A stretch of 29,866 bases of DNA from Campylobacterota bacterium (GTDB taxonomy: Bacteria; Campylobacterota; Campylobacteria; Campylobacterales; Sulfurovaceae), in NCBI GenBank assembly GCA_034722955.1, contig JAYEOM010000131.1, positions 1-29,866 of the forward strand. The letters are read 5' to 3'. Position 1 is the first letter of the stretch, and each line of letters starts with the position of its first letter. Positions 8,515 to 17,343 of this stretch are shown piece after piece. The notes below the pieces were generated by a model. That model made no database searches. It was not told the DNA's origin and saw nothing but the letters and a program-made list of their open reading frames with translations. A program made the position numbers and the translations under genes.

Positions 8515-9319
8515 CTATAAACCCTAGTTTGATTCCAGCCATCTCTATGATCTTCTGTGAACATCTATCGTAGTTTATTACAGAGGGATCTGTCTTGTCA
8601 TAATATTCATAAAGTTCAAACATAGTAAAAAGCAGTTTATTTGTCTCTCTATAGTTACCTTTGGTTAGCTTGGCAATAAGTCTGATATTATTACCTTTGA
8701 TCGCATTGGCAACAGCAAAAAGATTTTTTTTCAAAAGTTTTTTATGCACATAGGTTTGTATATCTTTTCTATTTGCATTTTGAAGTTCGATCACTTCCCA
8801 AATACGAGACTGAAAGTGCTCCTTGGCTACTAAATCTTCATCTTCCGTCTTATGTAGTGATATCACAAACTTAACTGAACGAGTATCTGATATAAGACGA
8901 ATCCTCTCCATCATCCCCTGAGAGTACATCTGTGCCTCATCAAGAAGTATAATAATCTCTCTCTTGCCACGAAGTGTTCTGCAGTAATCAACTAGTATTG
9001 AAAAGTTGACCTGAGTATGTTGCGGTAGCTCTTTTTTTGTAATAATTTTAAACAGTTTTCCCAAAAACTCTTTTTCATTGGTAGTTGGTGTTTCAAAATA
9101 GTGTAAATCTTTTTGATATTTTTTATTTTGATAAAGATGATTGAGGAGTATACTCTTTCCTGTTCCGGGACGACCAAAGAGCAGTATCATTTTGAGCGGT
9201 TTTTCAATACTGTGAAGTAGTTGATCATAAGCATTTCGTGAGGAGTCGAGATCAATGTAATCATCGATATCTATAGAGTCGATGAATACATTTTTTGCTG
9301 CATGATATCTACTGTCCAT
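8507..9319 (-). CDS. ExeA/MshM/CtsP-like AAA ATPase
   Basis: Walker A GRPGTGKS, Walker B IILLDEAQ and C-terminal TKGNYRETNKL; directly follows the secretin gene. Confidence 0.88.
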   Translation of the reverse strand: MDSRYHAAKNVFIDSIDIDDYIDLDSSRNAYDQLLHSIEKPLKMILLFGRPGTGKSILLNHLYQNKKYQKDLHYFETPTTNEKEFLGKLFKIITKKELPQHTQVNFSILVDYCRTLRGKREIIILLDEAQMYSQGMMERIRLISDTRSVKFVISLHKTEDEDLVAKEHFQSRIWEVIELQNANRKDIQTYVHKKLLKKNLFAVANAIKGNNIRLIAKLTKGNYRETNKLLFTMFELYEYYDKTDPSVINYDRCSQKIIEMAGIKLGFIDV

Positions 9320-10892
9320 TAACTCTCTTATACCCCAAATCTCTCAATGATACATCTTTTGAATTATTGATAACATGCGGTGTTACTATAATAACCAACT
9401 CAATGACTTTTTCAATCTTCTCCTCATGCTTAAAGGCATACTCAAAGAGTGGTAGATCGCCAAGCAGTGGTACTTTATTGATCTTAGTACCGGTTTCACT
9501 AGTGATCAAACCACCCAATATAGCATGGTGTCCATCTTTTACTTTGATCACAGAGGATAGCTGTCTCTTGATCATATCAGGCGGTATATCTCGTGCTGTA
9601 GCTTGTGAAGATATAGGCTCAAGGGTATTGGTAATAGATGGATTGATCTTGAGTGTGATGAAACCTTTATGGTCGATCTCGGGTGTAATATCCAAAAGCA
9701 CACCGGCAAAAACAGAATCGATCTGTTCAGACTGCGTGGCTGCAGTAGTTCCACCACTTCCTCCAGGCAGGACTACATTGGATCGAATCTTATAGTAGAG
9801 ATCTTTTCCTACGCTGATCATCGCAGGTTGATTGTTTAGAGTCATAACCCTAGGACTAGAGACCGCTTTTACATCACCTTGTGTAGCTAGGAACTTAACA
9901 ACATCTTGCACTTCCATCGACCCTCTGACATCTACAATACCAGCACTTGTTGGTCTAGTATTGGGAGCAAACTCCATAGCTCCCATGCCAGTTTCATCTA
10001 AAGTATAAGATGAGATATTCTCTTGTCCCATAGCCATAGTGTTGATAGCCAAGTTTTGAAGACCATAGAGTTGACTCCAGTCCACACCCGTTGTACTACT
10101 GTTATCAAAAGTAACGGTCAAGATACGAACATCAATCAATACTTGTGTCTTGAGCTGTTTCTTCAGGGTTGTGATATATTTTGATACCCTAGCAAGCTGC
10201 TTATCTGTACCTGTTACAGTTATCATACCAACAACTGAATTTACTATAGGTGCTAGAGGATTGTACTCCCACTTTTTGCCATCAGGTCCTATCCAGGAGT
10301 CTCCTGCACGAGTATAGTGTATGCCATCATCAGCAGCACCGATCAAGATCCTCTGCACTTCATTTTCAACTGTTTTCCAAAAAATAAACTCATCACTATT
10401 TTTGATAGTCATTTTTGTTCCCTGATCAGTACCTCCACCTCCACCACCGGCTTGACTAATGCCACCAGACCCTTGGGAGTTGGATATTGTAACTGCAGAA
10501 CTACTCTCACCAGTTCTCGTACCAGTGATATAGTGTATTCTAAAAGTACGAGTTGTCAAATAGGAGATCGAGAGTTTATCACCATCGAGACGATAGTGAA
10601 GATCATTATCCCTGAGAATAGTATTCAAGAAATTATTGAGTGTTGTATTTTTTAACTTAACAAAATATAGTCTCTTGTCCAGCTTCTTCTTTGCCCACTC
10701 ATCCTTGACAATCACAGTCATATTACAAGTATCAGCAAGGTTTTCAATAGCATCGCCTATTGTCAGACTACTATCTATGGTTACAGTAAAAAGCTTGGAT
10801 GAACAGCTTCCGGCATTTGACAGTACAGGCACTATCATCATGGATATCAGCAGTAAAATACCTCTTCTCAAATTTTTTTGAATTTTCATCAC
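9309..10892 (-). CDS. mshL: Outer-membrane secretin, MSHA-type (MshL/CtsD)
   Basis: Signal peptide, TRTFRIHYI followed by a Ser/Gly-rich loop, QVLIDVRILTV...GVDWS, SSPRVMTLNNQPAMISVG, LGGLI, KVPLLGDLPL and ELVIIVTP. Confidence 0.92.
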   Translation of the reverse strand: MMKIQKNLRRGILLLISMMIVPVLSNAGSCSSKLFTVTIDSSLTIGDAIENLADTCNMTVIVKDEWAKKKLDKRLYFVKLKNTTLNNFLNTILRDNDLHYRLDGDKLSISYLTTRTFRIHYITGTRTGESSSAVTISNSQGSGGISQAGGGGGGTDQGTKMTIKNSDEFIFWKTVENEVQRILIGAADDGIHYTRAGDSWIGPDGKKWEYNPLAPIVNSVVGMITVTGTDKQLARVSKYITTLKKQLKTQVLIDVRILTVTFDNSSTTGVDWSQLYGLQNLAINTMAMGQENISSYTLDETGMGAMEFAPNTRPTSAGIVDVRGSMEVQDVVKFLATQGDVKAVSSPRVMTLNNQPAMISVGKDLYYKIRSNVVLPGGSGGTTAATQSEQIDSVFAGVLLDITPEIDHKGFITLKINPSITNTLEPISSQATARDIPPDMIKRQLSSVIKVKDGHHAILGGLITSETGTKINKVPLLGDLPLFEYAFKHEEKIEKVIELVIIVTPHVINNSKDVSLRDLGYKRVNGQ

Positions 10893-11296
10893 TTTCCTTC
10901 CTTCATCATGATTATACCTTCACTCTTCTTGCGAAGAAAAACTTTTTTTACTCTAGAGTCGTCAGCAAGAACCACACCTTTAGTTCCAATATGTTTTAGT
11001 GTATATCCTGCAATCTCATCACCCTCTTTATGCCACTTACCATTAATATAGGCTTTGTTATTAACAATTCCGTTTAGAATTATTTTATCATCTTTTTTCT
11101 CAGGCACATATACTTTTGTCTCATTTATATCTTTTTTGAGTGTCACAAAGGGGTTGAGTGTTGATGAGAGCTCTTTGAGCGCTATCCCTTCTCTCCGTGC
11201 CTTAATAAGTACAACCATCTTATCGATCTCATCACTCGCAACACTTCCAAATAGAAATGCCGTAAGCACTCCAGCACTTAATATTAACCTCTTCAT
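10889..11296 (-). CDS. Exported pilus accessory protein (PilP/MshK-like)
   Basis: Signal peptide, NPF motif and LNGIVNNKAYINGKWHKEGDEIAGY beta-domain; immediately upstream of the secretin. Confidence 0.7.
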   Translation of the reverse strand: MKRLILSAGVLTAFLFGSVASDEIDKMVVLIKARREGIALKELSSTLNPFVTLKKDINETKVYVPEKKDDKIILNGIVNNKAYINGKWHKEGDEIAGYTLKHIGTKGVVLADDSRVKKVFLRKKSEGIIMMKEGK

Positions 11297-11943
11297 TAGT
11301 TATTGACCCCCCATACTGAGATATTAATATCTGCACTTATGCCATCATCACTTCCCTCAAGATGACTACTGTAGATATCTGTTACCAATGTATTCTGCTC
11401 TAACTCATTTAAAAATTTGACAATATTTTTGAAATCCCCGCGACTCCCAATCTCTATCTCAAGGACATGCCCAAAATTTCCTTTTGTATCGGTATATTTA
11501 TTTTTTATAAATTGAAGCTCTACATTGTGTACTTTAGCATTTTCAGTAATAGAGTTCAGGAAAATTGCCCAACTCTTTTGATTGAAAAGCATAGGAGAAA
11601 GTTTTTTAAGACTACTATTAATATATGCGATCTTTTTATTTAGAGAGACTATTTGGCGTTTTTTATTTTTTATATCATTATCATACTTCTTGATATAATA
11701 ATTTCTATCACCACCTAGTGTTATAGAGGAGAGGTAAGTATTTTTCTCTGCTATACTAACTGTCAAACGATTTTTTTCTGCTTCGCTTGTTTTGTACAAA
11801 TCTTCCGAGTATGGCAAGAGATACATATAAGCAAGAAGCGTAATCAACCCTCCAACTCCTATTATCATCAACCATTTTTCACTCTCTTTTTTGGTAGAAA
11901 AGTACTTATCCATTTTCTCCAATTCATCTACTATTGCTCTCAT
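11296..11943 (-). CDS. PilO/MshJ-like pilus alignment protein
   Basis: Single N-terminal TM, coiled coil and C-terminal GDFKNIVKFLNELEQ signature of the PilO/GspM fold. Confidence 0.8.
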   Translation of the reverse strand: MRAIVDELEKMDKYFSTKKESEKWLMIIGVGGLITLLAYMYLLPYSEDLYKTSEAEKNRLTVSIAEKNTYLSSITLGGDRNYYIKKYDNDIKNKKRQIVSLNKKIAYINSSLKKLSPMLFNQKSWAIFLNSITENAKVHNVELQFIKNKYTDTKGNFGHVLEIEIGSRGDFKNIVKFLNELEQNTLVTDIYSSHLEGSDDGISADINISVWGVNN

Positions 11944-13460
11944 TTTAAATCAACCTTTAGTACACCATTATAATATCCAGTATCCGGGTCTTTTGTAATA
12001 CTTTCAATATCTATTGAATTAATTTTACCGAAGCGCTTCTCTGAGATATGCTTAATCAGTCTCGTAATCTCTTTCTCATCCAAACTCAAAAGAGACAAGG
12101 TAATAATATCACCTTCACTCTCAAGGGTGTTAACATTTACATCAAACTGTTTTATATCCTTTGCAAAGTCATAAAGAAGCTCTGACTTTAAGCTATAGTT
12201 AACTTTTTTATCATATATAGAGGTCAGTGTCTTCTCTTTTGCATGATAAGTCTTTGCCAAGCCAGCGATCTTAGTGTCAAGTTTTTTGATCTCTTTCTTC
12301 TTCTCTCCCAATATTTTCTTATATTTTTCAGTCTCAACTTTAAGTTTGGCGTTATTGCTTGCAAGCACTACATTTGTAGCATCATTCATATATGATCCTA
12401 CAAGATAGACAAGAGGATAAGACATACCTAACATAATCGACATTGATGTAGCAATGATAAACTGCCCACTGGCACGCTTGTGAAATGCCGGTGCTCTCTC
12501 AAATATAGTAAGATTGATAATAGTTTCAGTATCCTCCATATACTCCATAGAGGTAATAGCAAGCATGGCTTGAAATTGATCTGTATACCACTCATCATTA
12601 TCTAGGTTGAAGTTAAAGTTGAGTTCTGAAGATTGAAGTCCTAGATAGTTTTCACTATACTCATCTAGTCCAATGATTGGACCATGAGCACTTCCGATAA
12701 ACATTTGATCGATCTTGTCTAGATCAAAAGCTCTTTTTGCGTAGATGACGATATCATTGATTGTGATAAAGATATCACCAAAAAGCTTCATTAAATTTTG
12801 TTGATAATCAGAGTGTACGGTCTTTAACCCCTCTGATTCTAAAATCTTAAAAAATTCTGCTTCATCAACTCTATCACCACTCTGCTCACAATATTTGTCA
12901 TAAATTTGAGTTAGAGAGTACTCTATCGATTTAGCATATAGATACTCACCATTATGATAAAATGTTATAAAAGCATCATCTTTATCAAAATATATAAAAC
13001 AGTGCGTACCTTCAGGAATCAATATCTCTCTATGGTAGATAGCACGATAGAGCAGAGGGGCTGGAGTCAATAGATCAATATATTTTGTCTCATTAACAAT
13101 AGGTCTGTATGTCTCTTCTAAAACTTCTGGCTCGATCACAAAAGTATCAAAGATTCTCTCATCACCTCCACTCTCTCTCTCGATATATTTGATAAGGTAT
13201 TCATTGGCTTGATCAAGCCCCAACTCTTCATAAGCTTTGATCTCAATAACATCAAATGTATCTTCATCAGGAATACTACGACTCACCTCTATAGAGGTGG
13301 AGATAATATCTTTATTATCGATAAAAGTAGAAACAAAATTTGAACTATTATAGGTTAACTTGCCCAATGCCTTAAGTTTTTGATCTTTTAATGCATAATA
13401 CTTTCTCTCATAGGCATTAATGGTAACGATACTTTTAATCTTTGATTTCTTCTCACTCAT
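11940..13460 (-). CDS. PilM-PilN-like fused alignment protein (GspL/MshI-type architecture)
   Basis: Acidic cytoplasmic N-terminal region (FITFYHNGEYLYAKSI, beta-strand pattern as in PilM), one TM (FIIATSMSIMLGMSYPLVYLVG), then a coiled coil and periplasmic domain. First gene of the cluster. Confidence 0.65.
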   Translation of the reverse strand: MSEKKSKIKSIVTINAYERKYYALKDQKLKALGKLTYNSSNFVSTFIDNKDIISTSIEVSRSIPDEDTFDVIEIKAYEELGLDQANEYLIKYIERESGGDERIFDTFVIEPEVLEETYRPIVNETKYIDLLTPAPLLYRAIYHREILIPEGTHCFIYFDKDDAFITFYHNGEYLYAKSIEYSLTQIYDKYCEQSGDRVDEAEFFKILESEGLKTVHSDYQQNLMKLFGDIFITINDIVIYAKRAFDLDKIDQMFIGSAHGPIIGLDEYSENYLGLQSSELNFNFNLDNDEWYTDQFQAMLAITSMEYMEDTETIINLTIFERAPAFHKRASGQFIIATSMSIMLGMSYPLVYLVGSYMNDATNVVLASNNAKLKVETEKYKKILGEKKKEIKKLDTKIAGLAKTYHAKEKTLTSIYDKKVNYSLKSELLYDFAKDIKQFDVNVNTLESEGDIITLSLLSLDEKEITRLIKHISEKRFGKINSIDIESITKDPDTGYYNGVLKVDLK

Positions 13461-13486
13461 ATCTTGCCTTCCTTCTGTGTTGCTTT

Positions 13487-13492
13487 ATTATA
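13487..13492 (-). promoter_or_regulatory. Candidate -10 box for the pilus cluster
   Basis: TATAAT on the minus strand 26 nt upstream of the ATG at 13460, with an AAGGAAGG RBS in between. AT-rich context lowers specificity. Confidence 0.4.
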
Positions 13493-13553
13493 TATGTTGT
13501 AATATTAAAACCCTCTTATGTATTGAAGCATTTCTCAAATTAACTATATACTT

Positions 13554-14453
13554 TTAGATTATATATCCAAATTCTTCCAACGAAGTACGATCTTTACTCC
13601 AGCCCTTCTTGACTGCTACAAAAAGATTGAGATAAATTTTCTTACCACTAAAGAACTCTATCTGCTCTCTAGCACTCCTGCCTACCCTCTTGATCGTCTC
13701 TCCTCTGTTGCCTACAATGATCCCTTTTTGTGTCTCCTTCTCCACTACGATAGTAGCATAGATCTTATCTATACTATCACTCTCCTCTATCCGCTCTATT
13801 GTTACATCACTCTCATATGGTATCTCATCGCTCAAATTTTCAAAGATCGCTTCACGGATCAGCTCCTTGTAAATATCACGAATATTATCTGTAGTCAATA
13901 TCTCAGTATCATACAAAAATGGAGAGTCTGGAAGATTTTTGACAATCTCATCAAGCAACTGCTTTTTACCAACATTTTTATTGACAGAAAACGGGATAAT
14001 AGCTTCAAAATACTCTTGATACTTTTGATACTCACCCAATTTTTTAAGTATATCGCCCTGTTTGATGTGATCAATCTTGGTCAAAACAATAATATGCTTT
14101 CTATTTTTTGACTGTGGCAGAGCGAGAAATTTTTCATACTCTACTAATCTGTCACTAGCAGGAGCTAGAAAAAGTATCAGATCACTATCACCTATCGCTT
14201 TGAGTGCTTCATCTAACATAAACTGATTGAGAAGACGCTCTTTTTTATGTATACCTGGTGTATCTACAAAGATGATTTGAGTAGTATCATGCATCACGAT
14301 GATATTCATCCGTTTTCTAGTAGCTTGAGCTTTTTTGGATACCATCGCCAACTTTTCACCTACTATATGATTGAGTAGTGTACTCTTACCTGCATTGGGG
14401 CGACCCACTACTGCTACAAAACCTGCTTTTGTATCACTCTTTTTATCAAACAT
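13554..14453 (-). CDS. era: GTPase Era
   Basis: GRPNAGKSTL, QATR, DTPG, TKID, EIPY and KH-domain QKGIIVG motifs. Confidence 0.97.
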   Translation of the reverse strand: MFDKKSDTKAGFVAVVGRPNAGKSTLLNHIVGEKLAMVSKKAQATRKRMNIIVMHDTTQIIFVDTPGIHKKERLLNQFMLDEALKAIGDSDLILFLAPASDRLVEYEKFLALPQSKNRKHIIVLTKIDHIKQGDILKKLGEYQKYQEYFEAIIPFSVNKNVGKKQLLDEIVKNLPDSPFLYDTEILTTDNIRDIYKELIREAIFENLSDEIPYESDVTIERIEESDSIDKIYATIVVEKETQKGIIVGNRGETIKRVGRSAREQIEFFSGKKIYLNLFVAVKKGWSKDRTSLEEFGYII

Positions 14454-14464
14454 TATTCTCTCTT

Positions 14465-15028
14465 TTATATAGTCTTGTAGAGACCACTTCCTATCACTTT
14501 GTATACTATGGGATCTTGAAACAGATCTTCAATCTCTACACCGCCTATGATCGCTACGGGATGAGTGGAGAGCTTAGAGATCTCCAGCAGTGCTTCACCG
14601 CCTACCTCTGCATCCCTCTTTGTATCTGTTGCACGATATGCACCCAGCCCTATATAGTCAATATCAAGCCTATTTGCCTCTAGTATCTCCTCTCTATTGT
14701 GTGTAGAGAGTCCTAGAAGTTTTCTGCCGATCTTTTCACGAATCATATCAACGGCTCTGCTCTTATTTTCACTATAGAGCGACATATCCTCCTGCCCTAG
14801 ATGAACTCCATCAGCATAGTCGATCAACTCCATAGTATCATTTATGATAAGTTTGCCGCTATAGTAACGGCGTATAACCTCCAAGTCTAGTTGTTTCTCA
14901 GCAATCAAACCACACTTATTTCTATATTGAAGTAGCGGTACAGATAGTGAATGCAGCGAGAGAAGAAGATCTTGCAGTGAAAAACCTCTTTTATTAAGTG
15001 TCTGCTTATCTACAAGTGCATAGATCAT
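14465..15028 (-). CDS. thiE: Thiamine-phosphate synthase
   Basis: LQYRNK, LIIND, ADGVHLGQED, GLSTHN, DYIGLG...TDTK and VAIIGG motifs. Confidence 0.9.
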   Translation of the reverse strand: MIYALVDKQTLNKRGFSLQDLLLSLHSLSVPLLQYRNKCGLIAEKQLDLEVIRRYYSGKLIINDTMELIDYADGVHLGQEDMSLYSENKSRAVDMIREKIGRKLLGLSTHNREEILEANRLDIDYIGLGAYRATDTKRDAEVGGEALLEISKLSTHPVAIIGGVEIEDLFQDPIVYKVIGSGLYKTI

Positions 15029-15871
15029 TTAGTCTGTTTTCAAAAAAAGCTTCATCAGATCTGCTAGAGTCTGCTGCATATGTCCACGATCTACAATCAT
15101 ATCAATCAAACCATGCTCTAGTAAAAATTCTGCTCGCTGAAAACCCTCCGGTAGATCCACACCGACAGTCTGCTTGATTACACGCTGACCGGCAAATCCG
15201 ATCAGAGCACCAGGTTCAGCCATAATGATATCACCCAGCATTGCAAAAGAGGCACTCACGCCCCCCATAGTAGGGTCAGTCAGGATGGATATAAATGGCA
15301 ATCCTTTTTGATGTAGGCGGTTTAACGCTGCTGAGGTTTTGCTCATCTGCAGGAGTGAGTAGGTACTCTCCTGCATTCTGGCACCTCCACTAGCTGAGAT
15401 GATGATAAAACCGCACTCTCTCTCTATGGCTCTATTGACAGCACGAACAATCTTTTCACCCTCTACAGAACCAAGACTTCCTCCCATGAAAGAGAAATCA
15501 AACACTACCAACTCAACATGCTCACCTAAAATAGTACAACTACCGCTCACGATCGAAGAGGTTCTGCCTGTTTTGCTCTTGCTCTCCTCTATCCTCTTTT
15601 TGTAACTCTTTTTATCTACAAATTTAAGAGGATCTATAGGAGCCAATGCTGAGTCATGTTCTGCAAAACTATCCTCATCTGCCAAGATTGAGATTCTCTT
15701 GTCAGCATTGATACGGAAATGATGATCACATTTAGGGCAAACATTTTTTTTAGTCTCTACCTCTTTGTAGTACATCAGTGCTTGACATTTTGGGCATTTT
15801 GTCCAATGACTCGGTGCATCATCAGTAGATGATGGTTTTTTCATACTCCCAAACAGGCTGCCAAAATTCAT
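15029..15871 (-). CDS. accD: Acetyl-CoA carboxylase carboxyltransferase beta subunit
   Basis: WTKCPKC...CPKC zinc finger, FMGGSLGSVEGEK, SGGARMQE, PTMGGVSASFA and GFAGQRVI motifs. Confidence 0.98.
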   Translation of the reverse strand: MNFGSLFGSMKKPSSTDDAPSHWTKCPKCQALMYYKEVETKKNVCPKCDHHFRINADKRISILADEDSFAEHDSALAPIDPLKFVDKKSYKKRIEESKSKTGRTSSIVSGSCTILGEHVELVVFDFSFMGGSLGSVEGEKIVRAVNRAIERECGFIIISASGGARMQESTYSLLQMSKTSAALNRLHQKGLPFISILTDPTMGGVSASFAMLGDIIMAEPGALIGFAGQRVIKQTVGVDLPEGFQRAEFLLEHGLIDMIVDRGHMQQTLADLMKLFLKTD

Positions 15872-15901
15872 CGATCTTCCTTTTCTCTTTTATATTTTGA
15901 T

Positions 15902-15910
15902 ACTATATCA
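15902..15910 (-). promoter_or_regulatory. Extended -10 promoter (TGaTATAGT) for accD-thiE-era
   Basis: TGATATAGT 30 nt upstream of the accD ATG, followed by an AAGGA RBS. Confidence 0.55.
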
Positions 15911-15959
15911 TAATCCGCTTCAACAATGACTTCAAGGTTGGCATAAAGTATTAAACTAT

Positions 15960-17342
15960 CTATACAAATAGTTTTTTTGTAATAGCTTTAGCCGCTTCCC
16001 GTCCATCACGAACTGCTGTAACTACCAGATCTGCACCACGATGACAATCTCCTCCAGCATAAATACCTGCTGTTGTTGTCTCATAATTTTCATCTACACA
16101 AATCCCACCCCATCTATTTGTCTCTATACCATTTGAAGATAGGAAAGGGTACTCTATAGGATCAAAACCCAATGCAAAGATAACAATATCAGCATCAACC
16201 CTATATTCACTTCCGACAATCTCTTCAACTCTCTGTCGTCCATCAGTATCAGGTTTACCAAGTTTAGTTTTGATCATATCTACTGCGATCACTTCTCCAC
16301 TATCATTGGATATCAATTCTTTAGGAGAGGCGTAAAATTCAAACTTGACTCCCTCCTCTTTGGCATTGATATACTCTTTGCGACTTCCAGGCATATTGTG
16401 AGCATCACGACGATATAGACACTTGACACTTTTCGCTTTTTCTCGCAGTGAAGTACGCACACAATCCATCGCAGTATCACCACCACCTATCACCAATACT
16501 GACTTATCTTTGACATCTACATCTACAACCGATGGCTCACCAAAGATCTTCCTTTGAATTGTTGTGAGAAAATCCATAGCTAGATATACATTTGGTGCAT
16601 TTTCACCATTTAGTCCGGATCTTCTCCCCTCTGTTGCACCTACACCAATAAAGAGTGCATCAAAATTATCTATCAATGTATCAAAGGTGACATCTTTTCC
16701 TACTTCAGTATTTTGATAAAAAACTGCACCTGCATCTTTGAGCAGCTTGACGCGTCTATCCACGATATGTTTATCAAGTTTAAACCCAGGAATTCCATAA
16801 GTAAGCAGTCCGCCCGCTCTAGGTGCTTTATCAAAAATCTCTACATCTATCCCCTCTCTCAGCAGGAAAGTTGCTACAGAAAGTCCGGCAGGTCCTGCAC
16901 CGATAATCGCCACTTTTTTACCGGTCTTGTACTCTGAAAATTGTGGTTTTAACCCTCTTTTAAATCCCTCTTCACTGATAAAAGTCTCTACAGAACCTAT
17001 CGTGATCGCACCATACCCATCACTAAGAGTACATGCACCTTCGCAGAGTCTATCATGAGGGCAGATTCGTCCCATCACTTCAGGAAAAGGCGAAGATTCA
17101 TTGGATAGAGCAAAAGCAAACTCCAAATCCCTGCCTGCTGTTGCTTTGAGCCACTGGGGGATAAAGTTATGCAGTGGGCAGCCATTGTGACAATACGGAT
17201 CACCGCACTGAATACATCTATCAGACTGCTCTCCAGCTTTATTGGGTTTAAATATCTCATAGATTTCATCAAAATCTTTGACTCTCTCAACCACATCTCT
17301 TTTTTTTGCATCAACTCTATCTAAATCAAAAAATTTAAGCAT
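15960..17342 (-). CDS. gltD: Glutamate synthase small (beta) subunit
   Basis: RCIQCGDPYCHNGCP and GRICP...CEGAC Fe-S motifs, GAGPAGL, YGIPGFKL, IGGGDTAMDC, YRR and AGGD...LVVTA. One base downstream of gltB. Confidence 0.97.
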   Translation of the reverse strand: MLKFFDLDRVDAKKRDVVERVKDFDEIYEIFKPNKAGEQSDRCIQCGDPYCHNGCPLHNFIPQWLKATAGRDLEFAFALSNESSPFPEVMGRICPHDRLCEGACTLSDGYGAITIGSVETFISEEGFKRGLKPQFSEYKTGKKVAIIGAGPAGLSVATFLLREGIDVEIFDKAPRAGGLLTYGIPGFKLDKHIVDRRVKLLKDAGAVFYQNTEVGKDVTFDTLIDNFDALFIGVGATEGRRSGLNGENAPNVYLAMDFLTTIQRKIFGEPSVVDVDVKDKSVLVIGGGDTAMDCVRTSLREKAKSVKCLYRRDAHNMPGSRKEYINAKEEGVKFEFYASPKELISNDSGEVIAVDMIKTKLGKPDTDGRQRVEEIVGSEYRVDADIVIFALGFDPIEYPFLSSNGIETNRWGGICVDENYETTTAGIYAGGDCHRGADLVVTAVRDGREAAKAITKKLFV

Positions 17343-17343
17343 C

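Noticed and set aside
10432..10470. CCACCT/CCACCA repeats in the secretin gene
   Set aside because: They encode the poly-Gly loop expected in MshL-type secretins; not a DNA repeat element.
15938..15955. TTGGCA as a possible sigma54 -24 box downstream of gltD
   Set aside because: No TTGC at the required -12 spacing, and it would point antisense into gltD.
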